Shown here piece by piece: positions 29,966-43,790 of a DNA stretch of 64,000 nucleotides (within the stretch, counting starts at the first letter, position 1; every line of letters starts with the position of its first letter). The stretch comes from Eledone cirrhosa. Its lineage: Eukaryota. The DNA is taken from NCBI GenBank assembly GCA_964016885.1, contig OZ024740.1, positions 277,388,001-277,452,000 of the forward strand, given 5' to 3'. Made by a program: the position numbers and the translations under genes. Below the pieces are notes generated by a model. It made no database searches. It was given only the letters and a program-made list of their open reading frames with translations, and was not told the origin of the DNA.

Positions 29966-30450
29966 CTTCCTTTCTCAGTGTTGCACAAAAGGGCAACGAT
30001 GGTTGCTAAACAGTGTACGGCTTAATTCGGGATGTTTGTTTACAAACAAACCGAACATTATAATAAATGTTCGGTAAATCCATACGCACATATATATATG
30101 TGAGCATGTATGTATATATATACATACTACTGTACGTCTGTATACATATATGTATGTACGTATACATACTCATATTTAAGAAACAGCCGTACTAAGAGTG
30201 AGAAATGAAATATCGTTTCATTTTTTCCATATATATATATATACATATATTTATTAAAATAACAGATTAAAGTTTAAGCAAAGAATCGCTGCTTTCACCC
30301 TTAACGGATGAAAGCACAATTCTTTGCTTCAACTTTAATCTGTTATTTTAATAAATATTTGCTCTACGGTTCTTATATATTTGATATATATTTATCCTTA
30401 TCGAGCGCTCTTTGGATTTTAGTCTTCAAATATTATTATTATTATTATAT

Positions 30451-30491
<41 letters not shown>

Positions 30492-30622
30492 AAAATATCT
30501 GACCCCGAGGGCAGAGCTCAAACAGTTTCGACGGCTATTTCTGGACTAAATTAGAATTATAATTCTACTACCCTAAATATTGAGTACTCTGGTGCGTTAT
30601 TGTCCTTACCACACTTCCTTCG

Positions 30623-30689
<67 letters not shown>

Positions 30690-30693
<4 letters not shown>

Positions 30694-32346
30694 GAAAATA
30701 AAACAAAGAAGCCTTCAATACATCAAAAGTCTTTATTAGCCAACAATGTTTCGTCCTATTAAGGACTCATCAGGGCAATTAAAACAACAAGAAGTACTAT
30801 CGGCCAATACAAGCCGAAAACTCCGAAGAATATGGAGTGTACATACACTAAAGTATTGCAAGATTATGGGTAAAAATATATAATAAAAATCACTAAGGAG
30901 GTGTATAACATTTAGAACCATATTACAAATATAGTCCAAAGCAAAAAAACCTAGAGCTAAACAAAGGTGGTTATATAGAGCGGGAATTATATATAATACT
31001 ATATAATATAATTTTATTAAAATATAATTCATATAATATAATTTTATAATACTATATAATATAATTTTATTAAAATTACAATAAAAATTAAAAGGCACAA
31101 TATACATATGTATATATGTACGCACACGTACGCACATATACATATACATCAATACACATATCCATCTTTAACAGCACAAATTAAACCTTATTAAGAGTTT
31201 AAATATAAATAAGCATGATAGGAATAAAAATAATAATAATAATAATAATACGTATATCTAATATGCATGAAGTAATAAAATGATTAAAAGTAACACACAT
31301 AATATATAATAAACTATATAATTATATACTATATAATATAATATAATATAATAGATAATCTCCGGTTAATTTACACAAACAATATAGATGTCACAATAAT
31401 ACTATAATAATAATATAATAACATATATAATATATAATATATAATGGCATGTAAGTTAACAAATCAATTCATATAGAGTTACAGAGTAGGTGAGAAAAAA
31501 ATATAAATTGTACAATACCCAAAATTATGATGGTATAAAAATATAAACATCTTACATGATATATAAAATTTAACATATCATAATGGTACATATAATCAAC
31601 GGTAAGTAATAAGGATCAATAGTACAATAACAACTACAATATAAAATAATAAACATAATATAATATATAATTACTTATAATTACAAGGTTGGTAAACAGA
31701 CATATATGTGTATGAGTGAGTAAGGGCCAGACAGAAAATAGAATACACAGTAGTATTAATAAATAAATAAATAAAATCAACCGGAAATTAAAAAACAAAA
31801 ACAAAAGTATATATCTCATGCAGTTAAGTAAAAACTTAGGAAACAACCCAGGTAAATGACTCGAAAACCCTATTTGATAAATTAATATTCAAAAATATTT
31901 AAAATATCTAATAAGGCAATACAATATTAGCTATGGTTTAAGTAATCAAAATTTATAAACGTTAATATTTCACTACAAATATATATATAAAGGAATGAAA
32001 TTTTCTACTATCATTTACATAACGATATCTAAAAAACTGACTTAAGCAGAATTATGGTAGGCTAATAGGGACAGAAAAAAAGAAATGTATATAGGATACA
32101 AAGGAGCATAAAATCATAGTCAATATACTATATTAAATAATAGAAAGGAGCGTAAAAGAGGGGGGGGATTAAATATAATCATAATATATTTGAAGGGGTT
32201 GACAATAAGTCTATGTGTGCATGGGGGGAGGGGGGGGGGGGGGGGGTTACCCAAAGGAGAATCCAAATAAAATAAAATAAAATAAAATGAAATGAAATAA
32301 AATAATGTAAAATATATACAGATATATACTCATAAGGTGTTAATAG

Positions 32347-32350
<4 letters not shown>
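30690..32350 (-). mobile_element. Probable solo PLE pLTR/3' region, very AT-rich
   Basis: TA-flanked block with a canonical HHR about 45 nt from its 3' end. No ORF. Confidence 0.5.
30739..30776 (-). ncRNA. Canonical minimal type I hammerhead (family H8)
   Basis: gcc-CTGATGA-gtcct taat aggac-GAAA-ca t tg-TT-ggc. Confidence 0.88.
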
Positions 32351-32384
<34 letters not shown>

Positions 32385-32386
<2 letters not shown>

Positions 32387-32810
32387 GCCAGTCACTCTCT
32401 CTGTTAGCCTCTTCCTCCCACTTTCACTCACTCACTCTCTGCTAAACCCTCTCCTACTCCCTCTCGTTTGACCTGTGCGAAATTCTTTCCTTACTCACAT
32501 TTCGACCAGGTTGGATGGTCTTTATTCTCTCGTCTACGATTTCACAGAACTTATGTTCATCGATTTCAGGGACTTGACTCCTTCTTCCTCACTTTTCGTT
32601 GCATTACCATCTTTGTTTGTTTACTGTCTCGCTCGTTCCCCCTATTTACGTGACCGAACGACTTTCTTTAGCCGTTGCTCGCACCAACCGTAGGTATATG
32701 GTCTTTAAAGCGATGAAATAGCAATGAAGGCTGGAAGATCACTGATGAAAGACTAGATTTATTCATATGTAACCTATTTGCAACTTCGCAGCACGCCATG
32801 TTTTCATATT
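32385..32810. repeat. Dispersed repeat, second copy at 51460-51990
   Basis: Shared gacctgtgcgaaattc..cgatttcac.gaacttat..agccgttgctcgcaccaacc..aaagcgatgaaat..cactgatgaa. Begins in (TA)n. Confidence 0.75.
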
Positions 32811-32811
32811 T

Positions 32812-33110
32812 ATATCATCATCATCATCATCATCAAAGTTTTACGTCCGTTCTTCCATGCTAGCATGGGTTATACGGGTTATCCTGTTGTGGGCAGTGTC
32901 TGGTCGGCTGACCATGCCTTGCTCATACAGGAACTGATTTTGGCTTGGTTTCTACAGCTGGATGCCCTTCCTAACACCAACCTCATTTACAGTGATTGCT
33001 GGGTGCTTTTTTCCGTGGCGCCTACACGTCCACTTTACAGTGTGGGCTGGGTGCTTTTTTGCCGTGGCACCTCCACGAACACTTTGCAGTGGGAGGGTGT
33101 GGAGGCATAT
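32812..33110 (-). mobile_element. SINE-like fragment with (gat)n tail
   Basis: (cat)n run followed by ttccatgctagcatgggtt and gctggatgcccttcctaacaccaacc, motifs typical of RTE-tailed SINEs. Confidence 0.45.
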
Positions 33111-33224
33111 TGTCTATATACTTCAGTTTGTACCCATGGGAGGTCGGGTACTCTGTATTACTGCGTGATATATATATATATATTTCGTTTCTGAATTTGT
33201 TTAGCAAGATTCTTTATCTGAAAA

Positions 33225-33702
33225 CGTGTGTTGAGACCGATATTGTTATGCTTTGGGAGGGTTATGTTGCCAATAAGAAACACACTCACCAGTTGCTTTC
33301 ACTCCAATTTATTGTAAATTAAAAAAAAAAATGTTATAAATTTCCGGTTGGTTGGTTGGTTGGTTCCACAACCGGACGGTTGTTCATATATTGTCAAAGT
33401 TCTTTCGTCACACATTCTGTGACCTCTTCCGTGACTGAACACACACAAAAACAGGATGGCGTAGGACAGAACAAAGGAGAGGCACAAAACAAAGAAAAGA
33501 ATCCCGTCACTGAAGAGGTCACATAATGCGTGACGAAAGAACTTTGACAATATATGAACAACCGTCCGGTTGTGGAACCAACCAACCAACCGGAAATTTA
33601 TAAATTAAAAAAAAAAAAAAAAAAATGTTTAATTTATAATAAATTGGAGTGAATTCACCTGGTGCGCGTGTTTCTTATTGGCAACATGACCCTTCCAAAG
33701 TA

Positions 33703-33710
<8 letters not shown>
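33225..33710. repeat. Fold-back palindrome with family H5 HHR on each arm
   Basis: 33240-33435 is mirrored by 33506-33708. The minus-arm core is CGGAAGA (33393-33435). Confidence 0.85.
33506..33548 (+). ncRNA. Minimal type I hammerhead (family H5)
   Basis: gtca-CTGAAGA-g-gtcac ataatgc gtgac-GAAA-gaac-TT-tgac. Confidence 0.75.
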
Positions 33711-33759
<49 letters not shown>

Positions 33760-34470
33760 ATCTTTCAATCTTGTAAACAATCGCCACGATAACCAAAGAT
33801 TAGTTATTTATCTCACCAACCCACATTAATTGGTGGTACAGTGTTTACTTACTGGTTCAAAGTTCTGACGTCGATCAACTATTACATCATTATAATATTA
33901 TCCGAATTGTCTTATGAACTGCTTATTTATAAGGTACTAACAAAACAGAAAGATATGTCTATAATACATCCCCTTAGGAAGTCAATATTTCCACTAGATT
34001 ACCACGACTACGTAATAGCCTCTTGTCATGACGCGCTCTTCGAATGCAAGACAGTCGCCGATGTTAGTATGTGTAAGTGAAACTGTAAAAAAGTGTGTCT
34101 AGATTTTGTTTAAGTGTATATTTATATCGCTAAAAACATTGACGAATATAGCAAAATACCATAGCAACTAAACAATTGCCACGTCCATCCCCACCGCTTT
34201 TCCCATCTAACTCAATTATTGAATATGAATGAGGAGGTGTAATGTCTCATTGGTGAGTTTGTACGTAGTATACATATCAAATATATATATATATATATAT
34301 ACGGGGTAACAAATTATTGTTATATGCAGTCCACTTAGGTGTAGTCCAGTTATGGTACTCCAGGTAGTGGATGATATCAATGCTTGGCTAAGTTTGACTC
34401 AACAAGGCGTTTCCATAGTTATGCTTCGAGTACGCTGTAATTCCTATGTTGTAAACACTTGGAGTAATAA

Positions 34471-35260
34471 TAAATCAGGAAAGAAGATTGACCCGGTTTG
34501 CTATACAAAAAAGGTTTTTAATCTCATTGCTGACAATTGTTTCTCTGAACTGGTAGGTCCAGAGATCGCTATCCGCTTATTTTCACGTTACTCGATCGCC
34601 AATACAAAGTTATAACCAATCAATTCATCGGAGCTTGCGAGAATGAAGAGAATATACAGGCATGAAAAGAATATACAGGCTACTATATGTAGTAGTAATG
34701 GCATTCAGTCAGAACAATAACAACAATATCAACAATGCTAGCAATAAATTATTTGAAATAATCACAACATCAATTTAGGTGGGAAGTATAGTATATCTAC
34801 GATTTTAGCGTGTAAATCTAGCTGACAGGAGGCAGATGTATAAAATTGACATGTAAAAATTGTCGTAGTGTGTATTATATTACATGTCAATTTTATACAT
34901 CTGCCTCATTTCAGCTAGCTTTACACGCTAAAATCGTAGATATACTATACTTCCCACCTAGATTGATGTTGTGATTATTTCAAATAATTTATTGCTAGCA
35001 TTGTTGATATTGTTGTTATTGTTCTGACTGAATGCCATTACTACTACATATAGTAGCTTGTATATTCTTTTCATGCCTGTATATTCTCTTCATTCTCGCA
35101 AGCTCCAATGAACTGACGGGTTATAACTTTGTATTGGCGACCGAGTAACGTGAAAATAAGCGGATAGCGATCTCTAGACCTACCAGTTCAGAGAAACAAT
35201 TGTCAGCAATGAGATTAAAAACCTTTTTTGTATAGCAGACCGTGTCACTCTTCTTTCCTG

Positions 35261-35265
<5 letters not shown>
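34471..35265. repeat. Fold-back palindrome, about 390-bp arms with about 20-nt spacer
   Basis: taaatcaggaaagaag..tgacatgtaa is mirrored by ttacatgtca..cttctttcctgattta. The right end lies in (TA)n. No HHR found. Confidence 0.9.
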
Positions 35266-35324
<59 letters not shown>

Positions 35325-35363
35325 TAACTCTAAATAAATGCTATGTATATGTATGTATATGTA

Positions 35364-36262
35364 TACGAGGTGGGTCAGAAAAGTTCCAGGACTGATGTCA
35401 CAAAAAATTTATTTCAAACCGAAACCTCACGCTAAGAGTTTTGTCCTTCAAAGTAATCCCCCTGGAATCTAATGCACTTTTCCATCCCTTTCTGCCACGC
35501 TTGCATGCACTCCTGGAAAGATTCTTCTAGGATCCTCCGCAGTTCCGTCGTTACGGCCTTTTTGGTGTCGTCCACGTCTTCAAAACGGGTCCCCTACGGG
35601 TCGTACTCGAAGATCCACGACTCATCACCGGTGGTGACTGTCCCTAGCAAGTCTGGTTCGGTTTCAAGACGCTCGAGGATGTCCTGGCACACTTGCATGC
35701 GTCGACCCTTCTGGTCATCGTTCAGCAGTTTTGGCACCATCTTCGCGCAGACATTCCACCATGTCCAAATCTTCAGTGAGAATCTTCCAGACGCTGTTCC
35801 GATTCATGCCCAGCTCATTTACCATCAGTTGAACAGTCAGCCGACGATCGCTACGCACCATCTTCCTGACGCGCTCAACGTTGACCTCAGTCCTGGTTGT
35901 TGAGGGCCTTCCGCTCCTGGAGTCATCTTCCACGTCCTCGCGTCCTTCTTTAAACCTCTTGGACCATTCAAAACACGTGAGCGGGACATCGTCTCATCTC
36001 CATACATTTGCTGCAACAATAACAGTGATTCTGACAGAGTTTTCAAGTGTGTTCGTTGCTCTGTGCTCATTGCTTGACGACCGGAAACAGAGGACATGTA
36101 TATAAAATTATGAAGAAAAAGTTTGATCGCTGCAGAGAGCTAAGATTACAGTTACATACTCCAGGGGGATTACTTTGAAGGCGAAAACTCTTAGTGTGAA
36201 GTTTGGGTTTGAAATAAATCTTTTGTGACATCAGTCCTGGAACTTTTCAGACACACCTCGGA
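35364..36262 (-). mobile_element. Internally deleted mariner transposon with about 100-bp TIRs
   Basis: TIRs tacgaggtgggtcagaaaagttccaggactg.. / ..cagtcctggaacttttcagacacacctcg in TA context. Remnant peptides YGDETMSRSRV, EDDSRSGRPST, MVPKLL, TGDESW, QGDYFEG. Confidence 0.9.
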
Positions 36263-36306
36263 TATTTAGATAAATGAGTGTGAATTTTTTCGGCTCTATT
36301 AGTATT

Positions 36307-36368
<62 letters not shown>

Positions 36369-36522
36369 GGTATGTATATCTGTATATATATGTATTTATA
36401 AATATATATATATATATGTATATATAGATATAGATATATGTATATATATACATATATACATATATACATATATCTATATCTAAATATAAATATCTATATC
36501 TATACATATATATATCTATATA

Positions 36523-37784
36523 CAGGGGGGGGGGGGCATAAACAATGTTATAAAATAGAATGCAAATAGTTCTTGAAAAAAACATTTATTTCAAGATCTG
36601 ACTTCAACAAATAGTAAGTAATATACTATTAAACAACTGCACAAAAATGTATTCGAAATGCTTTCCTCTAGCTCTCACTACCGCTCGAAGTTTTCTAGGA
36701 AAGTCTTCGATGGCTGGACGAACAGTTTCCATGGGTATTTTCTCCCATACTTTATTCAGTTTTGATTTTAGAGTTTCAATATTTTGGCTAGGCGTAGAGC
36801 AGGCTTCACTCTCAAGAATTGACCATAAAGATAAATCGAGAGATTTGAGATCTGGTGATGTGGGAGGCCACTCTTCCTTACTGATCCATGCAGGACGATG
36901 GTCGCTACACCACTATTGTGTTACGCGAGCAGTGTGGCTCGTCGCTCCATCTTGTTGAAGAGTCCAAATATTATCGCCATAAACAGATGTGCACCATGGC
37001 ATCAGTGCTCCTTCCAAAATATCCTTTATGTAAAGTTCTTTGTTAATTTTAACTCCTTGAGGCACAACAATCAGAAGAGACTTCCCTCTTTCAGAAATGG
37101 CTGCCCAAACCATCACCGATGCTGGTAGGTGTGTTCTGAACACGTTTCCTACACTTAAAGGAATTGATTTGAGACTTTTTGCAATTACTCAATCATTTTG
37201 ATGATTGTGAGACTGCTGCACAGTGGATAAATTCTCATCTGTAAAGATAATGTTTTGCAGCGTGCCATCCTTGATACGGTTCAATAACAGTTTACTTCTG
37301 GAGAGCCTCTTTTCAATTGTGGCTGCAGAAAGAAGCTGTCTCTTTTGGAACTTATAGGGTGACATCCCCAGATCATCTCGACATATCCTCCGCATAGTTC
37401 TTGGCGAAGTTTCTGTTTCTTCTGCCATTTTTCGCATGGACCTTCTTGGATTACGCCTTATTTTTTCCCTCACACTTTTAACGAGTTTTGGTGTGCTTGA
37501 GGTGCGAGGGCGTCCGGATAGAGGTCTGTCTTTAGTCGAGGAAGTTTTCTTAAATCGATCGATTGTCCTTTTGATCAACATTCTATTGATCTTAAGAATT
37601 TTCCCCAGTTGAAATATCTTGTGTGAAGTCAGGCCTTTTTCATGCTTCTCTATAATGAACTTTCTTTTCAATTCTATGGACATTGCAAATTATTAATGGA
37701 GTAATGTTCTGAAAAATAGTTAATATGGTTATAGTGCACGGATTAAATTGATTTAAAACTCTGTAACAGGTATTATGCCCCACC

Positions 37785-37787
<3 letters not shown>
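36523..37787 (-). mobile_element. maT (DD37D) Tc1/mariner-superfamily transposon, full length
   Basis: TA-flanked TIRs cagggg..gcataa / ttatgccccaccctg enclose the transposase. Confidence 0.9.
36604..37683 (-). pseudogene. DD37D transposase with two in-frame stops
   Basis: SGRPR, IIFTDE, VMVWAAIS, QQDGATSH, WPPTSPDLKSLD. I count 37 residues between the second and third D. Stops at 37189 and 36913, no frameshift. Confidence 0.9.
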
Positions 37788-37833
<46 letters not shown>

Positions 37834-38121
37834 CGTGTCTGTGTGTGTGTGTAGATATATATATGTATATATATAATATATGTTTAGATATATATATATA
37901 TATGTATAGATATATAAGTATGTATACGTACATACATATATGTATACAGACTTACAGTAGTATGTATATATATACATACATGCACACATATATATATATG
38001 TACGTCTGGGTTTACCGAACATTTATTATAATGTTCTGTTTGTTTGTAAACAAACAGCCCGAATTACGCCGTACAGTGTTCGGCAACCATCGTTCCCCTT
38101 TTGTTCAACACTGACAAAGGA

Positions 38122-38164
38122 ACGATGAACTAGTTTCAAGCTTATTAGCTATCGTCAGCATCGT
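38122..38164 (-). ncRNA. Minimal type I hammerhead (family H7)
   Basis: acgatg-CTGACGA-tagct aata agctt-GAAA-ctag-TT-catcgt, with a perfect 6-bp stem I and palindromic actagt. Confidence 0.88.
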
Positions 38165-38666
38165 ATGCCTTCCTGTCAGATGATTGAACGTTTGAAAGTA
38201 TATATTTCCTTATGCATATTAACGACTGAGCAGCCTAATTTGCATATCGAGTGAGTTAGTCGGCCGGGCGTACCGAAAACGATAAATGGAAAAGAATGAA
38301 ACGAAATTTCATTTCTCACTCTTAGTACGGCTGATACTTAAATATAAATATGTATACGTACATACATATATGTATACAGAAGTACAGTAGTATCTATATA
38401 TATATATACATACATGCACACATATATATATGTTCGGTAAACCTATACGTACATATATATATATGTGTGCATGTATGTATATATATACATACTACTGTAC
38501 GTCTGTATACATATATGTATTTACGTGTACATACTTACATTTAAGTATCAGCCGTACTAAGAGTGACAAATGAAATTTCGTTTCATTCTTTTCCATATGT
38601 ATATATATATATATACGTATATACGTATACATATATATATATACGTATATATATATGTATATATAT

Positions 38667-38762
<96 letters not shown>

Positions 38763-38793
38763 AGATCAAAAGATGGTTAAAGGAGTTCCATGT

Positions 38794-38862
38794 ATTTTAT
38801 TATGCGCATTTCAAAAACAAACATCATCATGCAATAATATTTGTGTTTTCATCAGATAAAAC
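38794..38862 (-). ncRNA. Type I hammerhead (family H10)
   Basis: Reverse complement of 38960-39028. Confidence 0.85.
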
Positions 38863-38959
38863 AGGAGAACATGATATGAAGGCTAAAAAACACTTGTGGA
38901 TAGTGCAGTTTTAAATCAACATATGTTGATTTAAAACTGCACTATCCACAAGTTCTCCT

Positions 38960-39028
38960 GTTTTATCTGATGAAAACACAAATATTATTGCATGATGATG
39001 TTTGTTTTTGAAATGCGCATAATAAAAT
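38960..39028 (+). ncRNA. Type I hammerhead (family H10)
   Basis: gttttat-CTGATGA-aaacacaaatattatt gcat gatgatgtttgttttt-GAAA-tgcgca-TA-ataaaat, with palindromic atgcgcat. Confidence 0.85.
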
Positions 39029-39150
39029 ACATGGAACTCCTTTAACCATCTTTTGATCTTATATTATGTATACTCCAGTCCTACAAGCTGTAGAGTGCTT
39101 CTTATCCGATATCTGCATTGCTTTATTGTACTACAATAAAACTCACCTCC

Positions 39151-39213
<63 letters not shown>

Positions 39214-39685
39214 ACATATATGTATGTATATATATATAAATATATATATATATAGTATGTATATAAATATATGTATGTTTGTGTGTTTACATGTTTCAAA
39301 CTACATTTTCAAAAATACATTATACATTAGAACTTATTAGATCATGTTAACATTGCCAGTGTAAATCGAAGCTACTTAATGTAGATCTGTTTATCAGTAT
39401 TTATTTCCTTACGTGTATTTGTTTTCTGAATTTATTGAAATTACATTACTATATTTCACACCATCGAGGTACCCTCCAGGTGGTCGGCAACCTGCTAAAT
39501 ATAGTTACCATATTTCTACTATTGCACTCATATTAAAAGAGGCCTGATAGCCACATCTAACCTGGGGGGAATCGGGAACATAAAAAAATCAATTTTTTTC
39601 TTCTTAGTAAATTTTGAAAACAACAAAATGAAAAGCAACAACCTATAATTATATATATATATGTATATATATATGTATATATTTA

Positions 39686-39762
<77 letters not shown>

Positions 39763-39821
39763 ATGTATATATATATATGTGTGTACATATATATTTATAT
39801 ACATATATAGATATATATATG

Positions 39822-39884
<63 letters not shown>

Positions 39885-39919
39885 ATGTATATATATATAT
39901 ATGTGTGTACATATATATT

Positions 39920-39980
<61 letters not shown>

Positions 39981-40037
39981 ATGTATATATATACATATAT
40001 ATATATATATATGTGTATGTATATATATATATATATT

Positions 40038-40108
<71 letters not shown>

Positions 40109-40236
40109 TAGACCATCCATGACCCGTTGGGTCACGTTCACTTAAAAATATTTTTTTTAAATCATGTTCACTTAAAGATATGTTTTAAATAATTAACATA
40201 TACATATACATATTATGTAAAATGAAATTGGAAGCC

Positions 40237-40326
<90 letters not shown>

Positions 40327-41997
40327 ACTCTCTCGCATCCACTAACTCTTTCTCTCTATCTTTCTGACTCTATATTTATGAAGGTACCTAAAAAACATAT
40401 ATCTCGGGAACCTGTACTTGTTTTATTCTATTTCTATCCCCATTTACGCCGTTTTGGCTTTATTAAATTACAGACAAGGACACAATCACAGAATGTTAGT
40501 AGTATATATATATATATATGTGTGTGTGTATGTGTGCGTGCGTGTGTGTATGTGTGTGTGTGTATGCATATATGGGTGTGCGTGCATATATATTCTCTTA
40601 ACCTTAGACACAACTTGTATTATTCCTATTGTTTTTTACCGTGCTCTAAAAAGTTAATTTTTCGTATCATAAAGTTTCCCCAGAAACATAGCCAGCCTAA
40701 TCGGACTGTATTTTTTGTAATAAATCTAAAATTATTTCTCCCAATTAATTGCGTTTAAATATTCCAGTAAGTTACGCCTGCAAACTCTCGTGGTGTTTAC
40801 GTATTTCTTTTTTTTTTTTTATGTTTTTAGGTTTTTTTTTATTTTGGGAAACTTTCGCGACGGATCTCACATTCCTATATTCGATATGTCGTATTTGCGT
40901 TTCATGAAAATTTAATTAGTTGTTTAATAGCTTCCAGCAATATTTTTTATCCTAAAAGCTGTTGGTTGGTGTACCCATTAGAGCTTATGTCATTCAAATT
41001 TGCAATGTATGTAACATTACACTTTATAGGGAAATGTTATCTCGCTGACAAAACGTTGTTTATATTAGATATTTTCTACAAGTTAACATGTGATAGTATT
41101 TACATGGAGTGTAATAGATATTCTGAAAAAAATATATACAAATGAGAATCGTAGTAAATAATTATATTGATGCTGACGCATTAATGTAAAAGAGTAATTG
41201 GTATAAATATTTATTAAACGAAATAAGTTGTCGGAACGAATTCATTAAAGAGCAAAATTCTAGATCGGATAGATGATGAATTGGCTTGGTGTTGTGAAAC
41301 ACATTATATAAAGGTCGGAATGTTGAGGAACAGTATGTGGCTTATTAAACATTACATTGGTAGCAAAATAAAGGTATTATGAAAAGAGGTGGCTGCCTGA
41401 AATTGTTTAGCGTGAACAATATTACAGTTGCAGGAGTAGAAGTTATTATTAAATGTATGTAGATGTAATTTACAAATATGTGCAACAGGAATTAAGAATC
41501 GCAATCGAATGAGTACGAATGGGTGTGAAAGTAAAAGCTTTTTAGAACTCCTGCGATATTATATATTGAAAGCCGTTAACTAATAAACTCATGTACACCC
41601 TGAAGAATAGGAACCTAAAAAGTTTTTAATGTAAACTTCAACACGCAGAAGTGATAAGAAACATTATAAACACTAAAGAAATCGTGCAAAGAATATTGTC
41701 ATCAGCTCTCAATGGGTACACTATCATTTAAGTGATCAAAATCTAATCACTAGGTTTAACAATAGTTCCAGTTCCGTCTATGCTGCCTCCCCTATCTTAG
41801 CACCCTCATGAAAACAAAACCAAAGAGTAGATATGCTAATAGAAACTCCATACACATATTAGGGTTAATACATTATCGAGTTGTTCCGGAGTTCACATTA
41901 CATTCAGTCGTTCCAGATTCGATAGGACTGCAAAGGACCTGGGGCTAGTGTTTTCTACCAGAACATCAGGTTAGCCAATGTCTTGAGGCGAAATTTG

Positions 41998-42054
<57 letters not shown>

Positions 42055-42062
<8 letters not shown>

Positions 42063-43160
42063 TAACAGATTAAAGTTTAAGCAAAGAATCGCTGCTTTCA
42101 CCCTTAACGGGATCTTCTGAAACTAACAAAGTCAATCTGTGAACGCAGAAGTGAATATTTCAAAAAACGTTGCAACCGGAGGAAGACAGGAAGACGATAC
42201 TTTGGTTCGGGGAAACGTTCCCTGGCAAAGAATGGGAAAAAAAGAATATAATACGTCATTTGGAGCGGTTAAAAACAATTACACGCAAAGACAAAACCAC
42301 GTTTATGGTATAAAAGAAGTCGTAGACTAATATTCTATTAGGTGGTTCATAGAGACGTTCTCTGGCAATGAACAGAAAAAACAGAGCAAATACGTCATAT
42401 GTGGAGCGGGGAGAACAATTGCACTCAAAGACAAAACCACGTAATGGTATAACTGAAGTCTAAGACAAGAATTCTAACTAACCGAATGATTCTCGGCTTC
42501 AGAGTTAAGAATAAAGTAAATAAAATACAGAGGTAATTGAAATTAAATAAATACATACACGCATCCATAAACGTACATGCACAAGCATACACGAAAACAC
42601 TCGCCATAGGTATACAAAAACACGCATAAAAAAAATAAAATAAATAAACGCACGCACATACAGAACCCACGCAACGCCTGTACCATTTACTTGGTTTTGT
42701 CTTTGAGTGCAATTGTTCTCCCAGCTCTACATATGACGTATTCTCTTCGTTTTTTCCGTTCATTGCCAGAGAACGTCTCTATGAACCACCTAATAGAATA
42801 TTAGTCTACGACTTCTTTTATACCATAAACGTGGTTTTGTCTTTGCGTGTAATTGTTTTTCACCGCTCCAAATAATGACGTATTATCTTCGTATTATCTT
42901 CCAGGGAAAGTTTCCACGAACCAAAGTATCGTCTTCCTGTCTTCCTTCGGTTGCAACGGTTTTTGAAATATTCACTTCTGCGTTCACAGATTGACTTTGT
43001 TAGTTTCAGAAGATCCCGTGAAAGCAGCGATTCTTTGCTTAAACTTTAATCTGTTATTTTAATAAATATTTGCTCTACGGTTGTCATATATTTGATATAT
43101 ATTCATCCTTATCGAGCCCTCTTTGGATTTTAGTCTTCAAATTTGTTATTATTACTATAT
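42055..43160. mobile_element. Non-coding fold-back element made of PLE-A pLTR arms (H3 motif 42065-42140 minus; stem II deleted in the plus arm)
   Basis: 42055-42450 is mirrored by 42680-43065. Flanked by TA. Confidence 0.85.
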
Positions 43161-43161
43161 A

Positions 43162-43425
<264 letters not shown>

Positions 43426-43614
43426 GCTTGTTCCTATATATATATATATGTGTGTATATATGCATATGTATATATATATATATATTAATGTGTGGATTGG
43501 GGGAATATGTACTTCAACTGTAGTTTCACATATATGCATATAAGTATTTCACAATATCCAATCTTCCAATCTGGTGAAGAGCTAAAGGTACGTAGGCGTG
43601 AATCAGAATAAAAA

Positions 43615-43790
43615 TAATTGTTTCTACATTTGGCACAATTAACCCACCGTATTACTGGTACTTTATTTTATCGACCCCGTAAGGATGAAAGGTAAAGTTA
43701 ATCTCGGCGGGATTTGAACTCAGATCATAAAGGGCAGTAACTCTTTTCTGAAAAGCATGGCGTCCGACCCTCTATCGATACTCCCAATAT
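43615..43790 (-). mobile_element. tRNA-derived SINE
   Basis: Homologous to 23825-24044. Confidence 0.8.

Larger units (their letters stand above)
38755..39067. repeat. Spacer-less palindrome with HHR on both strands
   Basis: Apex aaatcaacat|atgttgattt (38922/38923). The arms are identical apart from an indel of about 22 nt. Confidence 0.9.

Noticed and set aside
32700-32760. GAAA..CTGATGA (type II order) in the repeat also at 51890-51945
   Set aside because: Stem II does not close adjacent to GAAA, and no UH or stem I geometry is conserved between the copies.
40106-42000. Possible Helitron-like element beginning tactagaccatccatgacccgttgggtca
   Set aside because: A terminal hairpin-like motif is present, but I could not establish the other end or any Rep/helicase sequence.
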